DNA from: Candidatus Woesebacteria bacterium UBA1430
Lineage (GTDB): Bacteria; Patescibacteriota; Microgenomatia; UBA8517
Direction: 5' to 3'
Assembly (NCBI GenBank): GCA_002329465.1
Contig: DCTW01000007.1
Location: 3 to 64,002 of the forward strand
Length of the DNA stretch: 64,000 bases
Below, one piece after another: positions 28,185 to 37,189 of the stretch. A program made the translations under genes and the position numbers. The notes under the pieces were generated by a model. The model was not told the origin of the DNA. It did not search any database and saw nothing but the letters and a program-made list of their open reading frames with translations. Each line of letters opens with the position of its first letter. Positions within the stretch are counted from its first letter, which is position 1.

Positions 28185-29189
28185 ATGAACAGAACGAGAG
28201 TACTTGCTGGTATGAGATCGAGCGGCAGGCTTCATTTAGGCAACTATTTAGGCGCGGCCAAAGGCATGATTGCACTTCAAAATAGGCATAATAACGAGTG
28301 TTTCTATATGGTTGCGGATCTTCATGCTATGACCACACCCTTTGATAAAAAGACCATAAGAGCTCAAAGCGTAAACGTTATTCTAGATTACCTTGCAGCA
28401 GGACTGGATCCGAACAAATCAACTATTTTTATCCAATCGGAAGTTCCCGAGCACACAGAGCTCTCCTTTTATTTTTCAACTGTCGTTTCACTGGCAAAGA
28501 TGACGCACCTGCCTACGTTTAAAGAAAAGGTGCGCGAAAATCCGGATTTCGTATCCATGGCGCTTGTTAATTACCCCGTCCTCATGGCAGCGGATATTCT
28601 AATTTACAAAGCGGAACTAGTGCCTGTCGGCATTGACCAAGAGCCCCACCTTGAAGTAGCACGCGACATAGCCAAAAAGATGAATGGGACATTTGGTACA
28701 AATTTCCCCGAGCCCAAAAGATTTGCCACAAAAGGCGAATATATCCCCAGCCTGACCGGTGAGGGTAAAATGAGCAAATCAGTAGAAGGTAGTTATATTC
28801 TCCTGACAGATAGTTACGAACAAATTAAAAGTCGTTTGGCAAAAGTGCCTACAGATAGCGGAAGTGGAGACAGGGTTCCCGAAAGGGGCGGAGTGGCGGT
28901 TCTTTTTAAAGCTGTCGAGATTTTTGAGGGTAAAGAAAAAGCCGAAGAATATAAAAAAGCATATCTTGGTAAAGGTATCCAATATAAAAATCTTAAAGAA
29001 AATCTCGCCAAAGCAATCTATTCAGAGCTCAAGCCAATTCAAGAGAAAAGAAAAAAACTGGAAAAAAACACAGATTATGTTGAACAAATTTTAGTTAGCG
29101 GTGCCCAAAAAGCACGCACCGAAGCACAAAAAACCATCTCGGAAGTACGGTCCAAACTTGGCCTGAATCCTTCTGGTATTTTATCATGA
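28185..29189 (+). CDS. trpS: tryptophan--tRNA ligase
   Basis: GRLHLGNYLGA (HIGH-type) and GKMSKS motifs. Class Ic size. Confidence 0.9.
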   Translation: MNRTRVLAGMRSSGRLHLGNYLGAAKGMIALQNRHNNECFYMVADLHAMTTPFDKKTIRAQSVNVILDYLAAGLDPNKSTIFIQSEVPEHTELSFYFSTVVSLAKMTHLPTFKEKVRENPDFVSMALVNYPVLMAADILIYKAELVPVGIDQEPHLEVARDIAKKMNGTFGTNFPEPKRFATKGEYIPSLTGEGKMSKSVEGSYILLTDSYEQIKSRLAKVPTDSGSGDRVPERGGVAVLFKAVEIFEGKEKAEEYKKAYLGKGIQYKNLKENLAKAIYSELKPIQEKRKKLEKNTDYVEQILVSGAQKARTEAQKTISEVRSKLGLNPSGILS

Positions 29190-29533
29190 TATCAATCAAA
29201 GATTTTCAAAAACTGGATTTAAGGATTGGAACGGTAATCAAAGCCGAAGTGCCCTCCTGGAGCCATTGGGTAACCAAACTTACGGTTGATTTTGGACAAG
29301 AAGTAGGCAAAAAAACCATCTTTGCAGGAATAATGCATTTTTACAAACCGAAAGATTTGGAAAAAAAGCAGCTCCCCTTCCTTATCAACATAGAGCCCAA
29401 AAAAATTGGCCCCGAAGGCGATTTTTCTGAAGGAATGCTCCTTGCGGCAACATATAAATCCAAAACCTCAATAGAAAAGCCGACCCTTCTGATAGTGGAA
29501 TCAAAAGTTCCAAACGGCACCAAAATTAGGTAA
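29186..29533 (+). CDS. tRNA-binding domain protein (CsaA/EMAP-like)
   Basis: FQKLDLRIGTVIKAE ... SEGMLLA OB-fold tRNA-binding pattern. ATGA overlap with trpS. Confidence 0.8.
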   Translation: MISIKDFQKLDLRIGTVIKAEVPSWSHWVTKLTVDFGQEVGKKTIFAGIMHFYKPKDLEKKQLPFLINIEPKKIGPEGDFSEGMLLAATYKSKTSIEKPTLLIVESKVPNGTKIR

Positions 29534-29541
29534 ATAAAAGA

Positions 29542-29571
29542 TTGGCAATCCGAGAACCTGAGTGATATAAT
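29542..29571 (+). promoter_or_regulatory. promoter of ftsH
   Basis: TTGGCA (29542-29547), an 18-nt spacer, then TGaTATAAT (29563-29571). ATG at 29584 implies a very short leader. Confidence 0.5.
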
Positions 29572-29583
29572 CCCTCATAGCTT

Positions 29584-31410
29584 ATGAAAAATAAAAAGAA
29601 AGTCGAGCTTAAATTCAAATTCAATTTGGGTAAAATAATAATTGTCGCACTTTTAATTCTTTTTATCGCACCCTTTTTCCTTGCACTGCTTCAAGAAGGT
29701 ATAGACCAGGGTAAAATCGATGTCTCTCAAGGCTTAAGTGATATCAAAAACGGCCTTATTGAAGAAGTCGAAGTTGAAGATGAAAGATTAACTTTCAAAT
29801 ACAAAAACGAAGATGTAAAAATAGCCACAAAAGAAAGTGGGGTAAGCTTTCCCGAGCTACTTGAAGCCTATCAAATAGATCCGGCCACGATAAGTTATCG
29901 CGTCGTAGACAACACCCTGATTCGTTTGGTAGGGGAAATTGCAGGCATCCTGCTTCCTTTAATCTTAATGGCTGCCTTTTTTTATTTTTTAATAAAAATG
30001 CAAAGCCGTGGAGCCCAGGATATTTTTTCATTTGGTCGAAGTAAGGCGAGGCTGTTTGCAAAAGGAAAACAATCGGTTAATTTCGCCGATGTAGCAGGAG
30101 TTGATGATGCTAAAAAAGAGCTGGAGGAAGTAGTGGATTTTCTAAAAAATCCTGCTAAATATAGAAAAATAGGCGCAAGAACACCAAAGGGTGTGATTCT
30201 AGTTGGCCCTGCGGGTGTCGGTAAAACCCTTCTTGCAAAAGCGGTTGCAGGAGAAGCCGGAGTTCCGTTTTTTTCAATGGCGGGATCCGAGTTTATGGAA
30301 ATGCTCGTTGGCGTAGGTGCAAGCCGTGTCCGCGACCTTTTTGCAAACGCAAAAGCGGCAGCCCCGTCAATAATTTTTATAGATGAAATAGACGCAATAG
30401 GTCGCCAGAGAGGAAGGGGAATTATGGGAGGCCACGACGAGCGTGAGCAGACGCTAAACCAAATTCTCGTCGAAATGGATGGATTCACACCCAACGACAA
30501 CGTTATCGTTCTAGCAGCCACAAATAGGGGAGATCTTTTAGACCCGGCACTACTAAGACCCGGTAGGTTTGACAGAAGGGTATTGCTGGATATGCCAGAT
30601 AAAGAAGGAAGAGTGGCTATCCTTAAAATTCACGCCAAAGGTAAAAAGTTCAAAAAATCTATAGATTGGGAAAAAGTTGCAGACAGAACAGTAGGCTTTT
30701 CAGGAGCCGATCTGGAAAACATGCTCAACGAAGCGGCAATTCTTGCAGCAAGAGAGGACAAAAAAGAAATAGTCCTCGAAGACATAGAAGAAGCGGCAAC
30801 CAAAGTAAAGCTCGGCCCTGCCAAAAAGAGGCTTCAGTCACAAGAGGATAGAAAAATTACGGCGTATCACGAGGGTGGCCATGCAATTACGGCTCATTTT
30901 CTTGAAAAAACGGATCCGGTTCAAAGAGTATCTATTGTCGCAAGGGGAGCAAGCCTTGGCCACACCTTTATTCCACCGGCAGCAGACAGGACACACGAGT
31001 CCCGTTCGCGACTAAAAGAACAAATAACCGCTATGCTCGGGGGCCGGGCGGCGGAAGAGCTGGTCTTTGGTGAAATGACGGCCGGGGCGGCAAACGATAT
31101 AGAAAAAGCTACCGAGCTCGCACGCGCCATGGTAATAGAACTCGGCATGAGCTCCCTTGGGCCTATCAATTTTTCGACCCAGCTTGACGAAGAGTCTCAA
31201 AAAAGATTATTTATGGGAGAAAACGTAGTCTCCGAAGATACTCAAAAACAAATAGACAAAGAAATTAGATTACTCATAGACCAAGCATACAAAAAAGCCC
31301 TTGAAATAATTAAGAAAAACAAAAAAGCTCTCGACAGTATCGCAAAAGAGCTTCTGGAAAAAGAAACCCTCTCTCGTGAAGAGTTTGAGCGCATAGTCGG
31401 CAGAAAATAA
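29584..31410 (+). CDS. ftsH: ATP-dependent zinc metalloprotease FtsH
   Basis: Two TM helices, AAA Walker A GPAGVGKT, Walker B IIFIDEID, SRH, and the HEGGHA zinc site. Confidence 0.95.
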   Translation: MKNKKKVELKFKFNLGKIIIVALLILFIAPFFLALLQEGIDQGKIDVSQGLSDIKNGLIEEVEVEDERLTFKYKNEDVKIATKESGVSFPELLEAYQIDPATISYRVVDNTLIRLVGEIAGILLPLILMAAFFYFLIKMQSRGAQDIFSFGRSKARLFAKGKQSVNFADVAGVDDAKKELEEVVDFLKNPAKYRKIGARTPKGVILVGPAGVGKTLLAKAVAGEAGVPFFSMAGSEFMEMLVGVGASRVRDLFANAKAAAPSIIFIDEIDAIGRQRGRGIMGGHDEREQTLNQILVEMDGFTPNDNVIVLAATNRGDLLDPALLRPGRFDRRVLLDMPDKEGRVAILKIHAKGKKFKKSIDWEKVADRTVGFSGADLENMLNEAAILAAREDKKEIVLEDIEEAATKVKLGPAKKRLQSQEDRKITAYHEGGHAITAHFLEKTDPVQRVSIVARGASLGHTFIPPAADRTHESRSRLKEQITAMLGGRAAEELVFGEMTAGAANDIEKATELARAMVIELGMSSLGPINFSTQLDEESQKRLFMGENVVSEDTQKQIDKEIRLLIDQAYKKALEIIKKNKKALDSIAKELLEKETLSREEFERIVGRK

Positions 31411-31415
31411 AGATC

Positions 31416-32342
31416 ATGAAAAGGCTCGTGCTTATAGATGGAAATGCGGTTATGCATAGAGCATTCCACGCGCTTCCGCCGCTAACCACTCCCAATAACG
31501 AACCCATTGGAGCGGTCTACGGCTTTACCTCAATGCTTCTGAAGGCAATCGAAGACCTAAGCCCGGATTATATTTTCGTTTGTTTTGATAGAAAAGAACC
31601 GACATTCAGAAAAAAACTCAGCAAAGATTATCAAGCTCATCGCCCCGAAACAGATAAAAGCTTGATACCTCAATTTCCAAAGGTAAAATATCTTCTCAAA
31701 GCTTTAAATGTTCCCATCTACGAAAAAAAAGGATTCGAAGCAGACGACCTTATTGGCACCATTTCTCACTCCGTCATTAGCCATCAGTCATTAGCCATCA
31801 GTCATCAGTTAATCGATGAGGTTATAGTTGTCACCGGCGATCGCGACCTTCTCCAGCTTGTGAATGATAAAGTTAAAGTTTATCTCCCCATAAAGGGCTT
31901 GTCACAAGCAAAGCTGATGGATAAAAAAGATGTGTTTAAGATGCTCGGAGTTACCCCCAAGCAAGTTGTTGATTATAAAGCGCTGATCGGAGACCAGTCG
32001 GACAACTACAAAGGAGTAGGGGGCATAGGCCCGAAAACAGCCTCAAACCTACTTCAAAAATACAATTCGCTGGAAAATATTTATAAACATTTAGATGAAT
32101 TACCAAAAAGTATTAATCAAAAGCTTAAAAAAGATAAAAATTCGGCATTGCTTTCCCAAAAACTTGCACAAATAGTAAAAGATGTACCAATCAAAATAAA
32201 AAAATTCCAAAAATGGGATCTGGGCTCTTCCGATGTTAAAAAAATCCTAAACGAATTTGGTTTTAAAACGCTTGGACAAAGAATATTAAAACTTTCAAAA
32301 AAGCAAATCTCGGAAAATCAAAAAAGGCTTTTTAATATCTAA
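31416..32342 (+). CDS. 5'-3' exonuclease (FEN / Pol I N-terminal domain-like)
   Basis: LIDGNAVMHRAFHA, GFEADDLIGT, VTGDRDLLQL and GDQSDNYKGVGGIGPKTA (H3TH). Confidence 0.85.
   Translation: MKRLVLIDGNAVMHRAFHALPPLTTPNNEPIGAVYGFTSMLLKAIEDLSPDYIFVCFDRKEPTFRKKLSKDYQAHRPETDKSLIPQFPKVKYLLKALNVPIYEKKGFEADDLIGTISHSVISHQSLAISHQLIDEVIVVTGDRDLLQLVNDKVKVYLPIKGLSQAKLMDKKDVFKMLGVTPKQVVDYKALIGDQSDNYKGVGGIGPKTASNLLQKYNSLENIYKHLDELPKSINQKLKKDKNSALLSQKLAQIVKDVPIKIKKFQKWDLGSSDVKKILNEFGFKTLGQRILKLSKKQISENQKRLFNI
31774..31815 (+). repeat. tandem heptanucleotide repeat, 6 units (TCATTAG CCATCAG TCATTAG CCATCAG TCATCAG TTAATCG)
   Basis: Read directly from the sequence. It lies in frame inside the exonuclease CDS and encodes VISHQSLAISHQLI. 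Confidence 0.85.
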
Positions 32343-33446
32343 ATGAAAGTTGCTCTTGTCCACGACTATCTCAACGAATTCGGAGGAGCCGAGCGTGTCT
32401 TGCAGGCTATAAGCGAAATTTATCCCGATGCTCCCATTTATACAATTTACGCCAAAAAGGATTCACCGGCCATGAAGCAAATGGGTAATGTAACTATCAA
32501 AGAGTCCTGGTTTTCTTATCTTCCTTTTGCTCATAAACTTATTTCCCCTCTTCGCTTTTTAATACCTCTTATTTGGTCTTCGTTTAATTTCAAATCCTAC
32601 GATTTGGTCATAACCTCAGCTAATTGGGCAGTCACCAAAGGCATGCGCGGCGCCACGAGAGAAATCTGTTATCTTCATTCTCCTCCTCGCTATCTCTATG
32701 GTTACGACACCTCCAGAAATTGGCAAGGCAAATGGTTCAGCGGAGCAATCAAGGCCTACGCTCTTGTCGTCAATCACTTCATGCGTATATACGACTTTAA
32801 GCAGGCACAAAAAGTTTCTTACTTTATCGCCAATTCACAAAACGTCGCTAAGCGCATCGAGAAGTTTTATCGGCGGAAAAATTACAAAGTCATTTACCCC
32901 CCAATAGATGTTAGTAAATTTAATCATAAGTCATTAGTTATAAGTCATAAGTCAGATTACTATCTAACTGGAGGTCGCATGGCTGCTGCTAAAAATTTTG
33001 ATTTAATTATCAAAGCTTGTAAAAAAGCAAAAGTAAATTTAAAAATTTTTGGCACCGGAATAGAGGAAAGCAACTTAAAAAAAATTGCGAATAAAAATAT
33101 AGAATTTTTGGGAAACATTTCAGATTCCGAGTTAATTAATTACTATAAAAACGCACGTGCATTTATTGTTGCACAAAAGGACGAGGACTTTGGGATCACG
33201 CCTATCGAAGCCGCCGCCGCCGGTTGTTCCACAATTGCATATCGTGGTGGTGGATACCTCGAATCTATAATCGAAAACAAAACCGGTATTTTCTTCGATG
33301 AGCTGACTGTGGGTTCCTTAGTTAAAGCAATTGAACAATTTAAGAATATTACAATCAAGCCCTCAATCCTTACCACCCACGCCCGAAAATTTAGTAAAGA
33401 AAGGTTCCAAAAAGAATTCATTAAATTTATCAATTCAAATGCCTGA
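32343..33446 (+). CDS. GT4-family glycosyltransferase
   Basis: MKVALVHDYLNEFGGAERV N-terminus and the C-terminal EDFGITPIEAAAAG (E-x7-E) motif. Confidence 0.8.
   Translation: MKVALVHDYLNEFGGAERVLQAISEIYPDAPIYTIYAKKDSPAMKQMGNVTIKESWFSYLPFAHKLISPLRFLIPLIWSSFNFKSYDLVITSANWAVTKGMRGATREICYLHSPPRYLYGYDTSRNWQGKWFSGAIKAYALVVNHFMRIYDFKQAQKVSYFIANSQNVAKRIEKFYRRKNYKVIYPPIDVSKFNHKSLVISHKSDYYLTGGRMAAAKNFDLIIKACKKAKVNLKIFGTGIEESNLKKIANKNIEFLGNISDSELINYYKNARAFIVAQKDEDFGITPIEAAAAGCSTIAYRGGGYLESIIENKTGIFFDELTVGSLVKAIEQFKNITIKPSILTTHARKFSKERFQKEFIKFINSNA
32924..32958 (+). repeat. tandem heptanucleotide repeat, ~5 units (TCATAAG TCATTAG TTATAAG TCATAAG TCAGATT)
   Basis: Read directly from the sequence. It lies inside the GT4 CDS and encodes HKSLVISHKSD, in the linker between the two Rossmann halves. 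Confidence 0.8.
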
Positions 33447-34287
33447 ACTACCTGAAGTAGAAAATATAAGAATTGGCCTTGAAAAATATCTAAAAGGTCA
33501 TAGTATCAAAAGCGTCGAGGTCTTAAATCGCCGTATATTTCAAGGAGACGAAAAAAAATTAATAGACGCAAAATTCGAATCAGCCGAGAGATTTGGAAAA
33601 ATGATAGCAATTAACTTTAATAACGGCTTTTCACTTTTGGCTCACGTTAAACTTACAGGACAGTTTATCTACCGTGGCCCAAACCTTCCCAATCCGCCCG
33701 AGCTTTCCGTAAAAGTAACGGATGGCCTTGGAGGAAAGCATACTCATGTTGTTTTTCATCTAAACCGAGGCGGCGTGCTGTACTACAATGACATAAGAAA
33801 ATTCGGCTGGATCAAGGTAGTTGAAACCAAAAAATTAAAAAACGAAGCAGTTTCAAAACTAGGCCCCGAGCCCTTAAAAGACTTGACACTTAATCTTTTT
33901 ACTAAAACTCTTTCTTCCTCAAAGCGCGCTGTAAAAGTAATTCTTATGGATCAATCAAAAATAAGCGGTATAGGCAATATCTATGCAAATGACGCTCTTT
34001 GGCTTTCCCAAATAGCGCCAACTCGTTCATCTCAAAGTCTCTCAGAAAAAGAGATAAAAACGCTTTACAAGGCAATTAAAAAAGTTTTAAGAGAAGGATT
34101 AAAGCAGGGTGGGGCAAGCGAGCTGGCATTTGTCACACCGGACGGAACAGAGGGAAAGTACCAAGATCATACCTTGGTTTACGGCCGGGAAGGCGAGCTT
34201 TGCAAAAGATGCAAAAAGGCTAAAATAAAAAAAATATTTCTCTCAGGTCGCGGTACATACTTTTGTCCAAATTGCCAATATGATTGA
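33439..34287 (+). CDS. mutM: formamidopyrimidine-DNA glycosylase (Fpg/MutM)
   Basis: MPELPEVE N-terminus (catalytic Pro2, Glu3), H2TH, and the C-terminal CxxC...CxxC zinc finger. ATG at 33439. Confidence 0.85.
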   Translation: MPELPEVENIRIGLEKYLKGHSIKSVEVLNRRIFQGDEKKLIDAKFESAERFGKMIAINFNNGFSLLAHVKLTGQFIYRGPNLPNPPELSVKVTDGLGGKHTHVVFHLNRGGVLYYNDIRKFGWIKVVETKKLKNEAVSKLGPEPLKDLTLNLFTKTLSSSKRAVKVILMDQSKISGIGNIYANDALWLSQIAPTRSSQSLSEKEIKTLYKAIKKVLREGLKQGGASELAFVTPDGTEGKYQDHTLVYGREGELCKRCKKAKIKKIFLSGRGTYFCPNCQYD

Positions 34288-35344
34288 GCAAATAACCCTT
34301 ACCGATTTTAGGAATTTTAAAAAAAAAGCTTTTAGCTTTTCTCCTCAAATAACTGTAATAGCAGGATCAAACGCGGCAGGTAAAACAAACATTCTCGAAT
34401 CAATCTATCTTCTTTCAACCGGAAAATCCTTCAGAGCAAAAGTAGAAGAAGAAATGATAAATTACGAAAAAGAAATTGCCCGCATCAAAGGCAAAATCAT
34501 AAAAGACGAAGAAGTTAAAAACATAGAAATAGCGCTAACCAGAGGACAAATCTCTCTAAGCGCTACAAGAATCGAAAAAGTGGCGAGAAAAAGGCTGCTT
34601 ATAGATGGTTCTGGAAAACGTCTTATCGATTTTGCCGGTCAGTTAAAAGCGGTGTTATTTTCACCCGCCGATCTTGACCTGGTTACCCAGTCACCAAGCA
34701 CAAGGCGCCGTTTCCTTGATTTTGTCATTTCTCAGGTAGACCGGGAATACCGTCGTTCAATCCTTTCATACGAAAAAGGCCTTCGCCAAAGAAATCGGCT
34801 TCTCCTAAGAATCCGCGAGCAAGCGGTCTCTAGATCCTATCTTCATTTTTGGGACAGGCTTTTAATTAAAAACGGTGATTATATAGGAAGGGCGCGCCAA
34901 AATTTTATCGATTTTGTTAATTCCACGCCCGATTTCGATGGCCAGGATTTTATCCTGGAGTATGATAAAAGCGCAATTTCGGAATCACGCCTTAATGAGT
35001 ATAAAGAAGAAGAAGTAGCAGCGGCAACCACTCTTGTAGGTCCCCATAGGGACGATTTTTGTATAAAACTCAAAAAAAACGCCGTTTCAAGAGAGCTTGC
35101 CAGATTCGGCTCCCGCGGAGAAGCAAGAATGGGTGTTCTCTGGCTCAAGCTTGCAGAGCTTGGTTTTATAGAAAAGCAAACAGGCGAAAAACCAACCCTT
35201 CTTCTTGATGATATATTTTCAGAGCTTGATAGCGAGCACAAGGAAATTGTTATGAATTTAGCCCACGCCCAGCAAACAATTATAACAACAACAGCTCAAG
35301 AATTTTCTAAAGAAAAAAACATTGAAACAATATTCCTAAACTGA
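34280..35344 (+). CDS. recF: DNA replication/repair protein RecF
   Basis: GSNAAGKTNILESI Walker A, SMC-like signature region and LLLDDIFSELD Walker B. Confidence 0.85.
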   Translation: MIEQITLTDFRNFKKKAFSFSPQITVIAGSNAAGKTNILESIYLLSTGKSFRAKVEEEMINYEKEIARIKGKIIKDEEVKNIEIALTRGQISLSATRIEKVARKRLLIDGSGKRLIDFAGQLKAVLFSPADLDLVTQSPSTRRRFLDFVISQVDREYRRSILSYEKGLRQRNRLLLRIREQAVSRSYLHFWDRLLIKNGDYIGRARQNFIDFVNSTPDFDGQDFILEYDKSAISESRLNEYKEEEVAAATTLVGPHRDDFCIKLKKNAVSRELARFGSRGEARMGVLWLKLAELGFIEKQTGEKPTLLLDDIFSELDSEHKEIVMNLAHAQQTIITTTAQEFSKEKNIETIFLN

Positions 35345-35356
35345 TATACTATAGGT

Positions 35357-35557
35357 ATGAAAGAAAGACCAAATGAAGAGCATAAAAATATAATTCAACA
35401 ACGGCTTTTTGAGTTGGATGAAGATGGAAATATTATTATTCCTTGGGACGTTGAGCCGAGTGAACCACCTTTATACACTCCCGAAGAGATTGAGGATCTC
35501 TTCAAGACTGACGAAGAAAATACAGGTGCCCATTGGGTAATCAATAAATGGGGATAA
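35357..35557 (+). CDS. small acidic hypothetical protein (66 aa)
   Basis: ORF only. No family recognised. Confidence 0.4.
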   Translation: MKERPNEEHKNIIQQRLFELDEDGNIIIPWDVEPSEPPLYTPEEIEDLFKTDEENTGAHWVINKWG

Positions 35558-35562
35558 ATTTT

Positions 35563-35829
35563 TTAATCCTTCTTCACAAACCTTGTCAAATTATAAGTTA
35601 CTCCTACAGCGAGCGCAGTAATAATAACGGCATAAATAAATAGAGATATAATCCCGGATGATTTGCCGGCAATGGGCTCAATATAAGCTCTTACAAGCTC
35701 TTTTATCAGTTCATTCCAAGAAAGAGCTGCTACAAGCCCAAAAGCATTTGTAGAAAGCCTGAGCATTTCGTTAAGCATCTCCTGCCTGATATTTTTTGCC
35801 TTTATATCACCCTTTTTGATTTTTGCCAC
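35563..35829 (-). CDS. small membrane protein (88 aa)
   Basis: Basic N-terminus, an amphipathic segment and one C-terminal TM helix (IISLFIYAVIITALAVGV). Confidence 0.5.
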   Translation of the reverse strand: MAKIKKGDIKAKNIRQEMLNEMLRLSTNAFGLVAALSWNELIKELVRAYIEPIAGKSSGIISLFIYAVIITALAVGVTYNLTRFVKKD

Positions 35830-35850
35830 AAGACTATTGTAATCTATTTT

Positions 35851-36240
35851 TTAGATATCGTCATTTGATTCAAAAACATAAAATATCTCCATACCCCAAA
35901 AATTAGGTTGTGCCTTAACGGGGGCAATGTTTATACCGTTATATCTCCCTCTGTGCTTTATAGACAGGATCGTACAGTCCTTCAAAAATCTGGAAAGTCC
36001 ATTTAAATCATCGCTTATCGCTCTTACAAGTATATTAGTCTTGAAAACAGACTCAGCTTCACGTCTGCGCGTTTTTCTCAGATCCTCATCTTTCGTTTCA
36101 TTAAGCTCCAGGTTTTTAAATGAAATCGAAAGCGAAGGGAATCTGGAAACCAAAAGATTGTTGATATCGTTTAAAAAAAGCTCGGAATAAATTTCATGCG
36201 ACTGGATAGCCATCATCTTATCTAGATCAAAATCTTTCAT
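35851..36240 (-). CDS. hypothetical protein (129 aa)
   Basis: ATG at 36240 (MKDFDLDK...) was chosen because the track start at 36342 overlaps the divergent gene. Confidence 0.45.
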   Translation of the reverse strand: MKDFDLDKMMAIQSHEIYSELFLNDINNLLVSRFPSLSISFKNLELNETKDEDLRKTRRREAESVFKTNILVRAISDDLNGLSRFLKDCTILSIKHRGRYNGINIAPVKAQPNFWGMEIFYVFESNDDI

Positions 36241-36265
36241 TATAAATTTATATATAATATTATAT

Positions 36266-37144
36266 ATGTTCATGAAAGACTTTGACCCAAAGCTGCTTAA
36301 AAAATTATACCGCCCCGGTAAAAATTCAAACGGAGAAGACAACGGTCAAATAGTAATTATAGGAGGGTCAAAACTCTTCCACGGTGCACCCATTCTTTCT
36401 CTGAAAGCCGCCTCAAGAATAGTCGATATGGTTTTCTTTGCCTCACCGGAAAAAAGCATAGAAAAAGTTGCCGCGCGAATTAAATCCGAATTGTTTTCGT
36501 TTGTTTGGGTTCCTTGGGAAGAAGTGGAAATATACTTAAAAAAATCAGACGCAGTACTCATAGGCCCAGGATTTATGCGCTATTCAACCGAAAACAATAA
36601 CCACCATGTCAAAAGCGGGGATTGCGACGAAGCCTGTATTTTAACAAGAGATATTACAAAAAGCCTTCTTTCAAAATTCCCAAACAAACGTTGGGTTATA
36701 GACGCGGGCTCTCTCCAATCAATGGACCCGGACTGGATCCCGTCCAACTCAATTCTTACCCCAAACCGTAAAGAATTCGAAATGCTCTTTAAAGAAAATT
36801 TGGATTCCGATTACAAAGTGCTGATTACTAAATATTCAAAAAAGCACAATTGCACTATTGTCTTAAAAGGTCCCGAAACAATTGTCGCCTCTTCAGAAAA
36901 AACCGTTGTAGTAAGAGGGGGAAACGCAGGTCTCACAAAAGGGGGCACAGGAGATGTCCAAGCGGGTTTAACAGCGGCTCTTTATGCCAAAAACGATGCG
37001 TTCTTGTCAGCTGCTGCAGCATCCTATCTGGTTAAAAAATCAGCCGAAAGCTTGTTCAAAAAAGTAGGCTTCCAATACAACGCCGACGACCTCGCTGGCA
37101 GAATCCCGAAAGAATATAATAATATTCTTAAAATTACCGCATAA
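36266..37144 (+). CDS. ADP/ATP-dependent NAD(P)H-hydrate dehydratase (YjeF C-terminal family)
   Basis: IIGGSKLFHGAPILSLKAASR and GGTGDVQAGLTAAL motifs. Confidence 0.8.
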   Translation: MFMKDFDPKLLKKLYRPGKNSNGEDNGQIVIIGGSKLFHGAPILSLKAASRIVDMVFFASPEKSIEKVAARIKSELFSFVWVPWEEVEIYLKKSDAVLIGPGFMRYSTENNNHHVKSGDCDEACILTRDITKSLLSKFPNKRWVIDAGSLQSMDPDWIPSNSILTPNRKEFEMLFKENLDSDYKVLITKYSKKHNCTIVLKGPETIVASSEKTVVVRGGNAGLTKGGTGDVQAGLTAALYAKNDAFLSAAAASYLVKKSAESLFKKVGFQYNADDLAGRIPKEYNNILKITA

Positions 37145-37189
37145 TTTGCAGAAATTTGTGATATACTTAATTATTATTATCCTTCCGGT

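Noticed and set aside
28050-28235. 61-aa minus-strand ORF
   Set aside because: It covers the second tRNA(CAT) and the trpS start. It is an artefact of G+C-rich tRNA sequence.
29982-30521. 179-aa ORF on the minus strand
   Set aside because: It is antisense to the AAA domain of ftsH. Its A/S/P-rich translation is typical of the reverse frame of a conserved gene.
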